A stretch of 64,000 bases of DNA. It comes from the human T2T-CHM13v2.0 reference genome, Homo sapiens. Of the stretch, positions 32,135-55,125 are shown piece after piece. The notes beneath the pieces are model-generated. The model did not search any database. It had not been told where the DNA came from and worked only from the letters and a program-made list of their open reading frames with translations. Positions within the stretch are counted from its first letter, which is position 1; every line of letters starts with the position of its first letter. The stretch is from NCBI RefSeq assembly GCF_009914755.1, contig NC_060946.1; one strand, 5' to 3'. The position numbers and the translations under genes are program-made.

Positions 32135-33612
32135 TCATGGGTCTGTATAGACATATGTCAAAACTCATCAAACTGCCTATTTTAAATATGTAGTTTCTTG
32201 GGTATCAATTATACCTCGATAAAGCTGTTTGAAAAACAGAAAATTTAAATCAGATCCAGAGTCTCATAACACAAAAAATGTCCAGGTTTCAATAGAAAAC
32301 CGCTCATTACCAGGAAGATGGTTCTCAGTATGATGCAACGGACTGAAACTGTTGAATGCAACTAAGTGAAAAGGGACAATCAGTAGATGCCAACAGTAGG
32401 TGGCAAAGACGTTAGAATTAGCTCACAAAGATTGTAAAGCAGCCATCATAAAGATGCTTCAGCAAACAACTAAGAACGTGCTTGAAACAAATGAAAAAAT
32501 AGCCTCAGCAAAGAAAGAGAGAGAATATCTTAGGAAAGAAATTGAAGATATAAAGAAATTGGAATGGAAATTTTAGAAGTGAAAAATACAATAACTGAAG
32601 TATAAACTCAGTGGATGGGCTCAAGAACAGGATGAAGGGGACAGAGGAAAGAACCAGTGAACTGGAAGACAGAACAATAGAAAGTACCCAGTCTGAACAA
32701 CAGAGAAAATAGACTGAAAAAGAAAAAAAAGAACAGTCTCAGGTATATGTGGGACTGCAACAAAAGACCTAATATTTGTGTCATTGGTGGTTAAGAAAGA
32801 GAGGAGAAAGCGTGCAAGGCTGATAAAGTACTCAACAACGGCTAAAACTCCCCATATTTGGCAAGAGACACAAACCTACAGATTCAGAATGAATCCCAAA
32901 CAAGGAAAACCCAAAGCAATCCATGCCAAGGCGCATCACAGTGAAATTTCTAAAAACTAAGGACAAAGCAAAAATCTTGAAAATAGCCAGAGAAAGCAAT
33001 ACCAATACCAGTACCAATACTCTATAGGGAAAAACCATTTGCATTACTGCAGATTTCCCTTCGGGACTGATGGAGGCCGGAATGAAGTGGCACGATATTT
33101 TTCAAGTGCTGAAGGAAAGGAACCATCAGCCCAGAATCTTATATGCAGTGAAAATATCCTTCAGGAATGAAAGGGAAATCAAGACATTCTCAAATGAAGG
33201 AAAACTAAGAGAATTTGTTGCCAAAGACTTACCCAAAAACACCAGCTGAAGGAAGTTATTTAAATGGGAAGGAAATAATTAAATAAGGAAGGAAGGAAAA
33301 AAACCTAATAAGTAAAAATGTGAGTAAATACAATAGGCTTTTCTTCTCCTCTTCAATTTTGTAAGTTATGTCTGATGGCTGAAGCAAAATTTATTGCACT
33401 GCCTAATGTGATTCTAAGTGTATGTATAGGAAAGATTTAAGACAATTACATTATAAATGGGGCAGGATAATGGGATACAAAGAGAGGTAAGTTTCCTACC
33501 CTTCACTCAGACTGAAAAAATGACACCATCAGTAGATTGTGATAAGTTGTATATAATGTGGAACATCCACTAAAAGGCTGTACAAGGAGCTACATTCAAA
33601 AACACGATGGAG

Positions 33613-33905
33613 GGCCAGGCACAGTGGCTCACACCTATAATCTCAGCACTTTGGGAGGCTGAGGCAGAAGGATTGCTTGAGGACAGGGGTTCGAGACCAG
33701 CCTGGGCAACATAGCGAGACCCTTACTCCACAAAACATTAAAAAATTAGCCGGGCATGGAGGCACATGGCTGTGTCCTAGCTACCCAGAAGGCTGAGGTG
33801 GGAGGATTATTTAAGCCCAGGAGTTTAAGGTTACAGTGAGTCATGTCACTCCAGCCTGGGGAACAAAGTAAGACTCTGTCTCCAAAAAAAAAAAAAAAAA
33901 AATGC
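33613..33905 (+). mobile_element. AluJ
   Basis: Diverged dimer. Confidence 0.85.
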
Positions 33906-34051
33906 AAACAAAAAACAAAAACAACCCACACTATTGATCAATCAAAATGGAATTCTAAAAAATGTTTAACTGATAAGAAGTCAGGACAAAGGAAACAGAA
34001 ACAAAAAACAGGGAGCAAACAGAAAACAGATCAGAATAAAATGGTACAATT

Positions 34052-34369
<318 letters not shown>

Positions 34370-35383
34370 TTATATCCTAACATATCAATAATTACATTAA
34401 ATGTAAATGTCTTAACTCACCAATTAAAAGAGATTGGTAAGATGGATTTTAAAACATGTATCAACTATATACTATCTACAAGAAATTCACTTCAAGATGT
34501 TTCACACAGATATTAATCAAAGGAAAGCAGGAGTGGTTATATTAGTATCAAATGAGGCAGACTTCAGGGCAAAGAAACTTACCAGGGATAAGACTGACAT
34601 GCAATAATAAAAGGGTCAATGCAACAAGAATGCATAGTAATCCTAAACATTTATCTAACAAACAACAGAACTGCAAAATATATACAACAAAAAGGGATAG
34701 AACTGAAAGGAGAAATAGACAAATCCACTATTGTGGTTGGATACGTCAACACTCCTCTCTCAACAATTGATAGATCAACTAGACAGAAAATCAGCAAGAA
34801 AATAGAAGCACGCAATGATATCGTCAACCAACAGGATCTAATTGACATTTATTGAACACTTTATTCCAACAGCAGATTATCCTTTCTTTCCAAGTGCCCA
34901 CGAAACATATACCAATATAGACCATATTCTGGGGCACAAAACAAACCTTAACAATTTTCTAAAAATTGAAATCACATGGTGTGGGTTCTCCAAACACAAT
35001 GAATTCAAACTACAAATCAACAGAAAGATAATAGAAAAACCTCCAAATACTTGAAAACTAAACCACTCATTTATAAGTAATCCATGGGAAAAAGGAGTTT
35101 CAAGAGATATTTTAAAAAATACATTGAGCTGAATGAAAATGGAGTACAAATGTCAAAACACAGAAAAAGCATTGTGGATGGGGAAAATTTATAGCATTAA
35201 ACACATATATTAGAAAAGAGGAAAAGTCTCAAATCGATAAGCTCAAAAACCTCAAGAAACTAGGAAAAGAAGAGCAAAATAAACCCAAGGCAAGCAGAAG
35301 GATGAAAATAATAAAAGATAAGGGCAAAAATTAATAAAATCCTTATAAAAATAATAGAGAAAATCAATGAAAGAAAGAGCTGA

Positions 35384-35686
<303 letters not shown>

Positions 35687-36330
35687 AAAGCTGATTCTTT
35701 GAAAGGTCAATAAAACTGACAAAACTCTATCAATACTGACCAAAGAAAAAAAAAGACATAGATTACCAATATCAGGAATGATAACTCTACTCTATACATA
35801 TAAATTTGACAACTAGGATGAAATGAACCAATTTCTTGAAAAATACAAACTACCACAACTTACCCAATATGAAAAAGATAATTTGAATAGGGAATTTAAT
35901 TAATAATTTTAGAACTCCTAAAAAAAGAAATCTCCGGACTCCTATCGTTTAAATAGATAATTCTATCAAATCTTTAAAGAAAAATTTATCACCACTGTTC
36001 CAGAAAATAGGTGAGGAAAGAAGACTTTCCAATTTGTTTTATGCAGCTGGAATTACAGTGATACCAAAACCAGACAAAGATAGTAGAAAAAAAGAAAATC
36101 TCAGAAAAATATCCCTCATGAATATAGACCAAGAAAATATTTAATAAAATATTAGCAAATAGAATTCAGCACTACATACAAATAATTGTACACCATTACC
36201 AAGTGGAGTTTACTCCTGGAATGGATGACTGGTTAAACATTCAAAAAGCAAACAATGTAATCCACTGAATTCACAGGCTAACAAAGAAAAATCATATCAA
36301 TTGATGCACAAAAAGCATTTGACAAAAATC

Positions 36331-36644
<314 letters not shown>

Positions 36645-36740
36645 TCATTCATAACAGAAATTCTAAAACTAGGAATAAAGGGGGAACTTTGTCAACTTTG
36701 TAAAGGGCACCTATAAAATACCTATAGCTAATGTGATACT

Positions 36741-37037
<297 letters not shown>

Positions 37038-38923
37038 AGCTAATGTGATACTTGATGGTGAAAACTAAGTTCTTTCCTTCCAGGATCCAAAGAGAAGATG
37101 CCTGCTCTCACCACTCTTACTCAGCACAGAGCTGGGAGTTCTAGCCAGTACAATAAGGCAAGAAAAGGAAATAAAAGGCACACAGACAGGAAAGGAAGAA
37201 ACAAAACTGCCCTCATTTACAGATAACATGATTGTCTCTGCATAGAAAATTCCAAGGAATCTACCCTCAAAAAAGCCCTCCTAGAACTAATAAGTGAGTT
37301 TAACAAGGTCGCAAGACATAAGATAAACGATCAAAAGTCAATTCTATTTCTACATGCTAGCAACAAACACATGGGCACTGACATTAAAAATACAATACCA
37401 TTTAAAATCCCTCAAAAAATGAAACACTTAGGTATAAATCTAACATATATAGAACATAGGTATGTGCTGTGCACTGGTAGCCTCAGCTACTCAGGAGGCT
37501 GAGAGGGGAGGATCACTTGAGCACAGGTGTTCAAGGCTGCAGTGAGCTATGATCTATGCCACTGGACTCCAGCCTGGGTGACAAAGTGAGACCTCATCTC
37601 TAAAAAGATTTAAAAAATTAAATTAAGTTTAAAAATGCAGAATTTGAACACTGAAAACTATACAATACTGATAGGAAAAAAAAGAATTGAAGTTTTTATT
37701 GATCCCTGCAACAACTGGCATAAATCTTCAAAGAATTATGCTAAGTGGAAAAAGCCAGGCCTGAAGGATGATATACTATATGATTCCATGTCCACTTACA
37801 TAACACTGTTGAAATCAACATTCTAGAAATGGAAGACACATCAGCCATTGCTGGAGGTTAGGAAAGGGCTTCGGTGGGAGGGAGGTGCGTGTGACCGTAA
37901 AAGGGCAGCAGGAGGGAGTCTCTGGTGACAGAAATATCCCGTATCTTGACCGTACCAGTGTCAGCATCCAGGCTATGATGTCCTACCGTTGCAAGATGGT
38001 ACCATTGGGTACAAGGGACCTCTCTGTGTTATTTCTTACAGCTGCCTGTGAATCTACAATGATCTCCACAGAAAAAATTCAATTAAAAAATATTTTAAAG
38101 CACATAACAGGCAGTCATGTGTAATTTGGGTCACGTAGAACAAGTCTGGATCATGAAGTCTGTGAGGCTGGTGTACACTTAACTGAGAGTGTGTCTAGCT
38201 TTAAACCGGTATCTGCATTTAAAAAAAAAAAAAAAGGCAGAGTCGGGGGCCACTCTCAGAGAGCACTATTAGGTGCTCACCGGCAGAACCCAGACATTGC
38301 ATTTTCAAAGCTTTTAAGCTTTTCAGCTGCACTCTGAGGAACCGGCTATTGATCTGTGTCCTTGGTGCACAGCCCTTGCACTTCTTTCTGCCCCCACGCC
38401 CTGCGGCCCCTCTCGGCTCTGAACAGGGGCCCTGCTCTCTGGGACTCCACATCCCTGCAAAATTTGTCTCCCCTTCCCTGGGTTCCTCCCCCGGGGCTGA
38501 GCTGAGGACAAGGGCCTGGCCTCCTCCTTGGAGAACCCCACAGCACCCTGCATTTCGGCGTGGTCCATGGGCTCTTCTCAGGGGCTCCTCACGTTGTGCA
38601 AAGGGGTAAGGGAGCAGGGCCAGCTGCAGATCTCCCTCCCGCTGTGACAAGGACATCCTAGTCGAAGAGCCCGTTTATCTTCGCTCTTAAGGCCAGGCTC
38701 TCTCAGGTCATTGTTGCCAAAGAAATGAATTGCAGCACAGCTCCGCAGGTCCCTGCACAACTGGGGCAAGGGCTGGCACTGGGCCAGCGGGAACCTGTTG
38801 GGGAGGCTGCAAGGTGCTTCTCTGCATCCAAGGCTGCCACACCCTGTGCACACTGTGGAGCTGGGTGGATGGGGTGTGCTCAGGAGGGGCTCTCGGCCCT
38901 CGGCTGGGAGTCAGAGGCGTGGT

Positions 38924-38941
38924 GGGTGGGGCGGGGAGGGG
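38924..38941 (+). promoter_or_regulatory. G-quadruplex-forming motif containing an SP/KLF GC box
   Basis: GGGTGGGGCGGGGAGGGG: four G-tracts with 1-nt loops. Confidence 0.5.
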
Positions 38942-40785
38942 TGTCACAGCTGCAGGGCAGCCTTGATGTCTGCACTTGGCTTTTTAATTTGTAGTCACAG
39001 CCAACAAGTGTGGAAACCGCCTCAGGACCGGCTTGAGTGGAGCGGCTGCGGGAGTTACTTCATGACTGCGGTCTCACGCTGTGTTTCGCCACCCATCCCT
39101 GCCTGGCCTGGCTTCCTTCCTTCCTCCTGGGTACGTTGGCCCTTGGCTCTCTCCTCATTAACTGGCCCCTCGGACCCCGGCTGGCCAGCTGTCTGCAGCC
39201 TCCTGGGTGACACCTTCACCCCTGCCTCCTCGGGGGTCTGCTGCCGCCACATCAATCTCCCTAACACCCTGGTCATGCCACCCCTCTGGAGACCTCCCTA
39301 GTCTCTCTCGCAGGGCCCCCAACCTGCTCAGCCCAGGCCCGCTGCCCTCTCCCTGCCCGGACACGTGCTCCCGTGGCCCGGCCGTGCCTGCCCACACACC
39401 TGCCCTCTCTGAGGTTCACATGTGGCATCCAGGGGCCCTTCCCCAACAGCTCTGCCTGGTGCAGCCTCCCCCTCAGCCTCCTCTTCCCCCCGAGCAGGGT
39501 TTGCAGAGGCCCAGAGGCTGCCGGGATGAGTAGATGTTGGGATCCTGCTTACTGGGCGTGTCTTATCCCCCAGAGCAATGGCCTTGGAGGTCAGGGACCC
39601 AGCATGGCCATGCTGGCTTGGGGTTTAGGAGCTGTCTCACCAGAGCCCCGCCTCAGCCCACAGCCCCGGGCCTGTTTCCTTGAAGGCTCCCCAGAGCCCC
39701 ATGCCTGGTTTTCTGGCCAGAGCCCTTGGCAGTGACCCCTGCTCTCCGCCTGCAGCTCTGGGCGTCCTCTCAGCCCCAAGCCCTGATAGGTGCCCCCTGT
39801 CTCTGTGCCTGCAGCCTTCAGGAGTGGCCCACACATTGGCTTTTATCTCTGGGCTCTCTGTCACCTCCTCTCCCTCCTGCCACCCTCTGCTCCCAGGCTG
39901 CGGGTGTGGGGCATCCAGGAGCTGGCTGGTGGAAAGAGGAGCAGGTGCCCTTACGCAGTGGGGAGCAGACACACTTGTGCTGCTTTTCCCTTGGGGCTTG
40001 GGGTGGCCACTGGGGCAGGACATGAGGACAGACCAGCCCTCGTCCCCCCAGTGCAGGGGGCAGATCTCACTGCCAGGTGAAACCCTGCTGACCATCCATG
40101 TGGACCCCTCAGCTTGGCTGGATGCAGGAGGTGGTTGCACAGTTGCAGGTGGGGCATGGAGGGAGTGGAGCAGCCCCTTACCCCAACACAGGCCCCATTC
40201 CTGCTTAACCGGATGTTCCGAGGAGAAGCACAGCCCAACAGGTGTGCACAGGAAGCTCCCATCAGTGCTGTCCTGGGAAAGGCCCATCCTGAATGAAGTG
40301 TGTTGCTCAGATCCGAAGAGCGCTGCATCTTCACAGGTCAGCGTGGAAACCTCCTGGTGCACGGCCCGGGAGGGGCACCCGTGGCAGGGCCAGCCCCTGT
40401 GAGGCTGCACAGACGAGCTCGAGCAGAGAGTCTGGGGCCGGCCACATCCCACGTCCGACCCTGAGCTGGGGCCCTGGGGGAGCCCCTGTGGCTTTCGTAC
40501 CAGCCACGCCTGTATGTAGAGAGCTGAGTGTCTGCCGTGGAAGACCACGAGTCACATGGCAGACATGGGCACTCGGCCCAGGCGATGCTGACCCATCCAT
40601 CAGCTCCTACAGGACCACAAGCTCCCGTTGTGGTGGCCAGAGACTCCCAATGGCCACAGACCCACTCAGGGCTCTCTCTGGGGTCTTCCGGAGAAAAGGA
40701 AAGCTCAATGAGCTCCTTAAACCTTTCACTTCAAGTTGTTGCTTTTAAACATTTTGCTTCGTGGCCTTTCTTGCTCCTTCTGTAA

Positions 40786-41108
<323 letters not shown>

Positions 41109-41224
41109 TAGTGATTTTCTAACTCCTTCATTTCTTCTCCATTTAGTAGTTGGCTTTCCACCGTAAAGAAAACTGCCCAGTCTCCCCTCTGGCTACCAGT
41201 GAAGGCTTGTGGGGTTTTCTTTGA

Positions 41225-41764
<540 letters not shown>

Positions 41765-43309
41765 TAGATCCTAGAAAAAAATTATTTGTGAGATTATTAT
41801 AATATGTATAAATAAATATACAATTAATAATACTATTAAACATCATTGAATTGTGATTATATTATTAATATAGTTGTATTATTAATATGTGATTGTACTA
41901 TTAATTTTAATTATCGTGTAATTAGTTATAATGCATCCATAATAACTCATACCATGAATTCACAGTCACTCCTAGTCCTGCCTGGCCCTGCAGGCTCCTC
42001 CTTGTGTCCGTCATTCCGTATCTGTACCTCCTTCTACAAGAGAGCCCTAACTTCTAACAGCATCACTATGTCTATCATCTATTTAGCCCTCCAAACACAC
42101 AAGACACTTCCAGAATCTTCTTATTCTCCAGAGGAAAATGTTTCATCAAAACACCAGAGGCAGCCAGCATTTTGACAAGAAAACACAACAAACTTCATTT
42201 CTTTGGAAATTTGATCTAGGAAAATGTGTCTCTCTCATTTTGCTAATGGATGTCTGTTTATCAGTCAGAGACCATGAAACGACTCCTTATTTTGAATATC
42301 AGATTTTCTTCTTATTCTCAAACCTCAAAACAGCTTGGTAATAATTTATTTGGAAATTATCCGAAAGGTAAAAATAAAAACAGAAGCAAGTAATATGCCT
42401 TGTTACTGCTCCTTAATTAGGTAAGAGCCTCATTTCTTGGGCTGCTGGGATGTAAATTCTGCATAAAATGGCTGGCTTTCTTTTTAAGGCTTTGCAGCAG
42501 TGTTAACATTCGGCTGCCAACTAAGTCGATTTTAATCGCCTTTACAGGAACCTTCACTTTTTCTGTTTGTTCCATTCCACTCTTTCCTCAGTGGATAATC
42601 CCGCATGTTAAGATTCCTGTGCAGCCGAGGGAGGCGGCTTTTGGCCGGGAGCTTGTGCTCTGGGTGTGAGCGTGGCTGTTGGGAACGCCTTCTGCTCAGA
42701 ATTCCGTGGTCTCAGCAGATCGTTCAGTCTAGCCACTGGGACGGGGCCGACCGCACACTGCTGGACCTCTGAGCGGAAGATGTGTGAGGTTAGGAGGGAA
42801 GGAATAAACAAAGTCGCCTTCTTCCCTGCTGACCTGCCTTGGTATGTCACCATTACTCAGCTCCTTACAGAACAGGAGCTTCAAGCTTTCACCGGACAGG
42901 CTGGCTTCTTCCCGGGAGCCCCCGCCCAAGGTGGGGCCTGGTGGGGTGGGGCCACCATCGCTGCTGGAAGCTTTAGCTCTTTTCCCTCAGCTTGGCCTCC
43001 TTTGGCAACTAATTTTTTAACTTTTTCTAATAGGTAACAGAGTCCCAAGATTCCAAGTTCCAGGAGCATGAAAGGACTCACTTGTGGAGATTCCTGCCTG
43101 GGGCTCCCACCCACCTAAGGAATGCCATCCTTGTCACCGGCTCACGGGGCAGCTCTTTGGTATCCTTCCAGGGTGGTGTGTACAAGTACAGGCACATGGA
43201 TGCATGGATGCATGAGCATTTTTTTCTTTTGCCGACATATTAATACACCCGGCAGCACTCTAGGCCCATTGGCCTGCAACTTTTCATTTGATTGATTTTT
43301 AATTATTTA

Positions 43310-44260
<951 letters not shown>

Positions 44261-44696
44261 GATTTTATGGTGTGTGAATGACGTCTCAGTTTAAAATGTT
44301 CTAGAGTTACCCAGTGGTGATGGATACACAACTCTGAATATGCCAACAACTTCTGACTGGTACACTTTGAGTGGGTGATTGTATGGTCTTTGAATTGTGT
44401 CAATAAAGCTGTCATTTAAAATAAAATACCAATCCGTGCTGGCACAGAGAAGGACTGGGAGACTCCGGGCAGTGCGCAGGCCCCTGTGTCTAGGAGAGTG
44501 AGGGGCCTGCTGACCTCGTCCCGGGCAGGCGTCCCAAGAGTCTAAGTTCCAGGCCTTAGGTCTCCTTACGTGGGTCTTGTGCGCATGGCTCAGGTGGAGT
44601 GGCGACCTGAACAGTCGGCACTGCTACGTGAGGACGAGTGTGGCCCCAGATGGAAGGCCTGAGCGGAGGCAGCAGGAATGAGGGTGGCATGGGTGT

Positions 44697-45064
44697 TGTT
44701 ATGCACTGATTTATGTTCTCCCTTCCAAAACTCCACACCAAAGCCCTCACCCCCAGGACCTCCGAATGTGTATTTGGAGGTAGGGTCCTTAAGGAGGTAG
44801 TTAAGTTAAAATAAATTCATGAGGGGGTAGGTCCTGATCCCATATGACTGGTGTCCTTCTAAGAAGAAATTGGGACACAGACATGTACAGAGGGACAACT
44901 CCGGGAGGACTCAGGGAGAAGGTGCCACCCGCAAGGCAAGGAGAGAGGCCTCAATCGGAACCAGCCCTGCCCACACCTTGATCTTGGACTCCCAGCCTCC
45001 GAGACAAGACAATAAATGCCTGTGGTTAAGCCACCGGTCTGCAGTGCCTCAGGACACAGACACA
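44697..45064 (+). mobile_element. MLT1B/C-like MaLR LTR
   Basis: tatttggaggtagggtcctt..tatgactggtgtcctt..caccttgatcttggactcccagcctcc. Confidence 0.82.
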
Positions 45065-45330
45065 GGTGGTGATGAAGCCAGGCGAGAACATTTTGAATGC
45101 ATCTAGGGATAGAATCGGCAGGACTTGCTGATGGATCCAATGCAGGACAAGTAGGTGACCCTGAGGATTTTATTTGAGCAAATGGTGCAGTCACCAGTCA
45201 GACGGGGGACCCCCGGGCAAGCACAGTGCAGTTTCTTTGCAGGTGCATCCATGAAGGGTGTGATGCCTACCAGACATTCAGGAGCTGCAGCCAGGTGGGC
45301 AGCCCACAGGGGAGTCTGGGCTTCTGGGAG
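45065..45330 (+). mobile_element. Possible L2 fragment
   Basis: gatagaatcggcaggacttgctgatggat resembles the L2 3' region. Confidence 0.55.
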
Positions 45331-45471
45331 GAAGATGCAGAGCCGTCCTGGACAGGGCAGCAGCAGCACCAGCCTTCACTGGAGCCGGGGCCTGCAGCCT
45401 CCATTGGTGGCACACCCAGGTGAGGTCTTCACACTGCCTACACTAAAGCAAATGAACAACAAAAATCATGA

Positions 45472-45750
<279 letters not shown>

Positions 45751-46333
45751 AGCGATCTGGGATTACGAGTCACTGCGCAGGGTGGGGAGAAGTCATTTCT
45801 ATGCGCCTCGGGGAAGCAGTGTGGACAAGGCCCGCAGGGCCCTGCTCTTGGGCTGATTCCCTTGAGGGAGAGCCTAATGTGTAAGTGAAAAATGAAATGT
45901 GCAGGAGAGCCACTGGTCAAGCAGCAGTGCTGGGGCAGCAGGCCCTGTCGGGGATGCCAGCAGGCTCAGAGCACAGCCAGGAGGAGCCGGCCTCCAGACA
46001 AAAGCACATTTGCTAAAATAACTTTGAGAAATTTTTTAATGTTTTTCAAATTTTTACCGAAATTTAGAAAAATTTCCTCTAAACTTTGCTTAAACCGTGC
46101 TAAAAAGTGGGGACAAGCCTGAACAAAGGCCTGACACCAGCAAAGGTCAGCGAGCAGTGCAGAAGAGGCGGGAAATATTGCCAGGACGTGGCCAGGCAAG
46201 GAGAGGCGAGGGAGGTCCCCAGAGCGTCTCCCCACCCCCGATTGGACCCAAGGCACTGGGTAGTTTGCCGAGGGCAGTGCAGCCACCTTGGGCCAGGGTC
46301 CCAGCCGCTTGCCCTCTGTCAGGAGTTGCTTTC

Positions 46334-46642
<309 letters not shown>

Positions 46643-47454
46643 AGGAGTTGCTTTCTTAGGTATCTCCTTGGATCATGAGTTTCAGCGAGGAGGGGTCGTC
46701 TGCACAGGAAACACGGCCCGGCCGTTGGAGACTCGCTGCTGCCCCCACGAGGCACTGCTCCTTTGGAGTGAGCTGGCCAAGCACAACACAGAGCCTGCTC
46801 CCCAAACTGGGCGGGACAGCGCCAGGCCTACAGTCACCACGGAATGTGCTCTCTCACTCAGCGCCTCTCCTGGAGCCTGAGATGGCTCCATTCAGCACTG
46901 CAATCCTCCCAGCGAACCCCAGCCAACCCAAACAGCCTTGTTTGTGCGGGGCTCTGTTTCCCAGTCAGGATACAGGGCAGCAGGGCGGGAAGGAGCCTCA
47001 GCAGCTCCCCAGCAGCACACACCACCGGCCTGGCTTCCCTGCTCTGTTCGGGAATCTCCTCCCCCACACCCCCCGCAGCCCCCAGCCCCCCAGGAACACT
47101 TCCCCAGTGGGCTCTAGCCTCACCTACACAGCCCCCACCAGACCCCTGCGCCCGTGTCTCAGAGGCTGTCACAGAGACAACCGATGGCCCTGCCCATCAT
47201 CCAGCTGGTCACGCCGATGCCTCCCCCACCTCCCGCACCACATCTGGTGCCACACAGCTGTGACCAGGTGTGACTGTACACAGGGATGGCCCCCATCCCC
47301 TCTCCACTGTCAGTGCCCTGGCCCCAGGCCTCTGCTGTGCCTTTGGGGAGTCCTCCCACTGCCCACTCTGCTGTCCAGAGACAGACAAATATACATTATC
47401 CAGTCTGTGACAGAGAGATAAAAGATTCACTAAAATTGTTTAAAAGGATGAGAT

Positions 47455-48060
47455 TCTGCAGATTGTATTTTTCAAAGATGGCCACAACACTTCCTTCTAT
47501 CCCACATGCTCTTCCAGAACCCTGATACTATCTGTGAATCTCAGTGATCTCATTCCCTTATAAACCATAGAATGCCACAGAACTGATGCTACAGAGCTCC
47601 TGAGGCTGGGGCGCAAGAGATAATGCAGCATCTGCCTTGGGTGCCAGAGCACTATGCACAGAGACTTGGGGCCACCATGCTTTCAACGTTGCCAGGCTAG
47701 CCCACCTGCACAGAGGTGGTTGCCAGGCTAGCCCACCTGCACAGAGGTGGTTGCCAGGCTAGCCCACCTGCACAGAGGTGGTTGCCAGGCTAGTCCACCT
47801 GCACAGAGGTGGTTGCCAAGCTAGTCCACCTGCAGAGATAGTTGCCAGGCTAGTCTACCTGCAGAGATGATATAAGACTTCATGGAAAGAAACATGTCCA
47901 GCCAGTTGCTCCAGCTCCAGCCACTGTCTGCCTGGAATGGCATGAACTACCCAGCTAAGATATCCTGAATTCCTGACCCCCAGAAACCATGATAGATAGT
48001 AAGACTAAATTGCTATTTTAAGTCACTAAGTTTTGAGTTGTTATGCAGCAATAGATAATG
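47455..48060 (+). mobile_element. MLT1G/H-like MaLR LTR containing a 31-bp minisatellite
   Basis: gcagattgtattttttcaaagatggccacaac..cccacatgctcttc; ends gttatgcagcaatagataa. Confidence 0.75.
47688..47868 (+). repeat. 31-bp minisatellite, about 6 copies (GTTGCCAGGCTAGCCCACCTGCACAGAGGTG)
   Basis: Units at 47688, 47719, 47750, 47781, 47812 and 47841. Confidence 0.95.
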
Positions 48061-48074
48061 TTATGCAGCATTTC

Positions 48075-49470
<1,396 letters not shown>

Positions 49471-49519
49471 AAAAAGGGAAATGGGTATCCAATCTGCAGC
49501 AAGTAGGTTAAAATAACAA

Positions 49520-53535
<4,016 letters not shown>

Positions 53536-53584
53536 TATACAAACCCTTGTGACTAATTTAATCGACGTATCCTACTAGAGATAC

Positions 53585-53770
53585 TTTTCTGGGGAGCCGT
53601 GGGGAGCCTACCACACCCCTCCTTGTGGCTCCATTAGCTTCTTCTCACTTAGACCAGGGATGATGGTGAGGTGGTGCCAAGGAACGTGGTGGGTGCAGCT
53701 CTTACTCCAAAGTCAGCGAGGAGCAAGGAGGAGGTGTTTGCGCTGTCACTTCAGCAGTGACCAGATTGCA
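53585..53770 (+). repeat. Copy 1 of an ~185-bp diverged direct duplication
   Basis: Aligns by eye at roughly 80% to 55483-55666. Confidence 0.85.
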
Positions 53771-53927
53771 GACAGGGAGGCAGGTAAGACTAGGACTTGA
53801 ATTGTGTGTGGTCGAGACGAGGAGTTGAAGAGTTAAATCCTCATCCTCTGGAATGGTAAGTCAACACACAGTGCTAAAACTATTTGCCATGGAAATGTCT
53901 CCCACCGTGAAAGTGTTCATACGCTTC

Positions 53928-54229
53928 TGTTTTGTTTTGTTTTGTTTTGAGACAGGGTCTCTCTTTGCCACCCAGACTGGAGTTCAGCATGATCCTGGTT
54001 CACTGCAGCCCCTATCTCCTCCTGGGCTAAGCAGTCCCCTGACCTCAGCCTCCCAAGCAGCTGGGATTACAGGCACACACCACAGTGCTGGGCTAATTTT
54101 TTGTATTTTTTATAGAGACAGGGTATCGCCATGTTGCCTAGGCTGTCTCAAACTCCTGAGCTCAAGTGATCTGCCTGCCTCGGCCTCCCGAAGTGCTGGG
54201 ATTACAGGCGTGAGCCACCAGCGCCCGGC
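53928..54229 (-). mobile_element. AluJ
   Basis: Antisense dimer. Confidence 0.85.
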
Positions 54230-54336
54230 TTCCCTCTGTATTTTAATAGTCTTCAGCATGATGTTGGCACTGTAATAAATATCTAGACACCAATGTCTCT
54301 CTATATAAAGATATGGATAGACTGATAATATCATAG

Positions 54337-54660
<324 letters not shown>

Positions 54661-55115
54661 CTGATTAATTTTTAAAAATCACAGTGGGTAGCTAGTATTT
54701 GTGGAGCCCCTTCTCTGAGGCCCCGTGGTCCCATCTGGACCTCGCTGCACTGGGGAGCCACCTTCCACTGCTGTCCCACTGTACGGATGAGGAGCCCAAG
54801 CTCTGGTCCAGGTGTGAGCAAGTGACAAGGAGCCAAGGAGCCCTTCCCTTCACAGGTGCTTCCCTGCAGGTGGGGTGGCCAGGTGTCCTCAGACCGGGTG
54901 GCTCTCCCTCAGGGACCGGGGTGGGGCAGGAAGGAGGAAGGAGTTGTTGCGCATTCGGCACAACCCATGCCTGCTCTGCTGCCAGCCGCGTGGAAGCTTG
55001 ATTGCCATACAGCACAGACTGCTGCCTTTCTATGTTGCTGACTGTTTTTAAAGAGGGGTTTTGGGAGGGGTGGTATGAAATTGATTGTTTCTCTCTTTCC
55101 TCATTACTGTTCGCA

Positions 55116-55125
55116 CCTATTTTGG
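55116..55125. promoter_or_regulatory. Perfect CArG box (SRF site)
   Basis: CCTATTTTGG = CC(A/T)6GG in non-repeat sequence. Confidence 0.4.

Noticed and set aside
39637-40548. 303-aa minus ORF overlapping a 240-aa plus ORF
   Set aside because: No recognisable domain; Pro/Ser/Gly/Cys/Trp composition typical of GC-rich non-coding DNA; open on both strands
41770-41950. Very AT-rich segment
   Set aside because: Low-complexity sequence without clear periodicity or function
46023-46076. Short AT-rich inverted repeats (tttgagaaa/tttttcaaa; gaaattt/aaatttc)
   Set aside because: Expected by chance in an AT-rich patch; no terminal inverted repeat or TSD structure
46675-47421. 248-aa ORF
   Set aside because: Low-complexity Pro-rich shadow ORF with a non-ATG start and no recognisable homology
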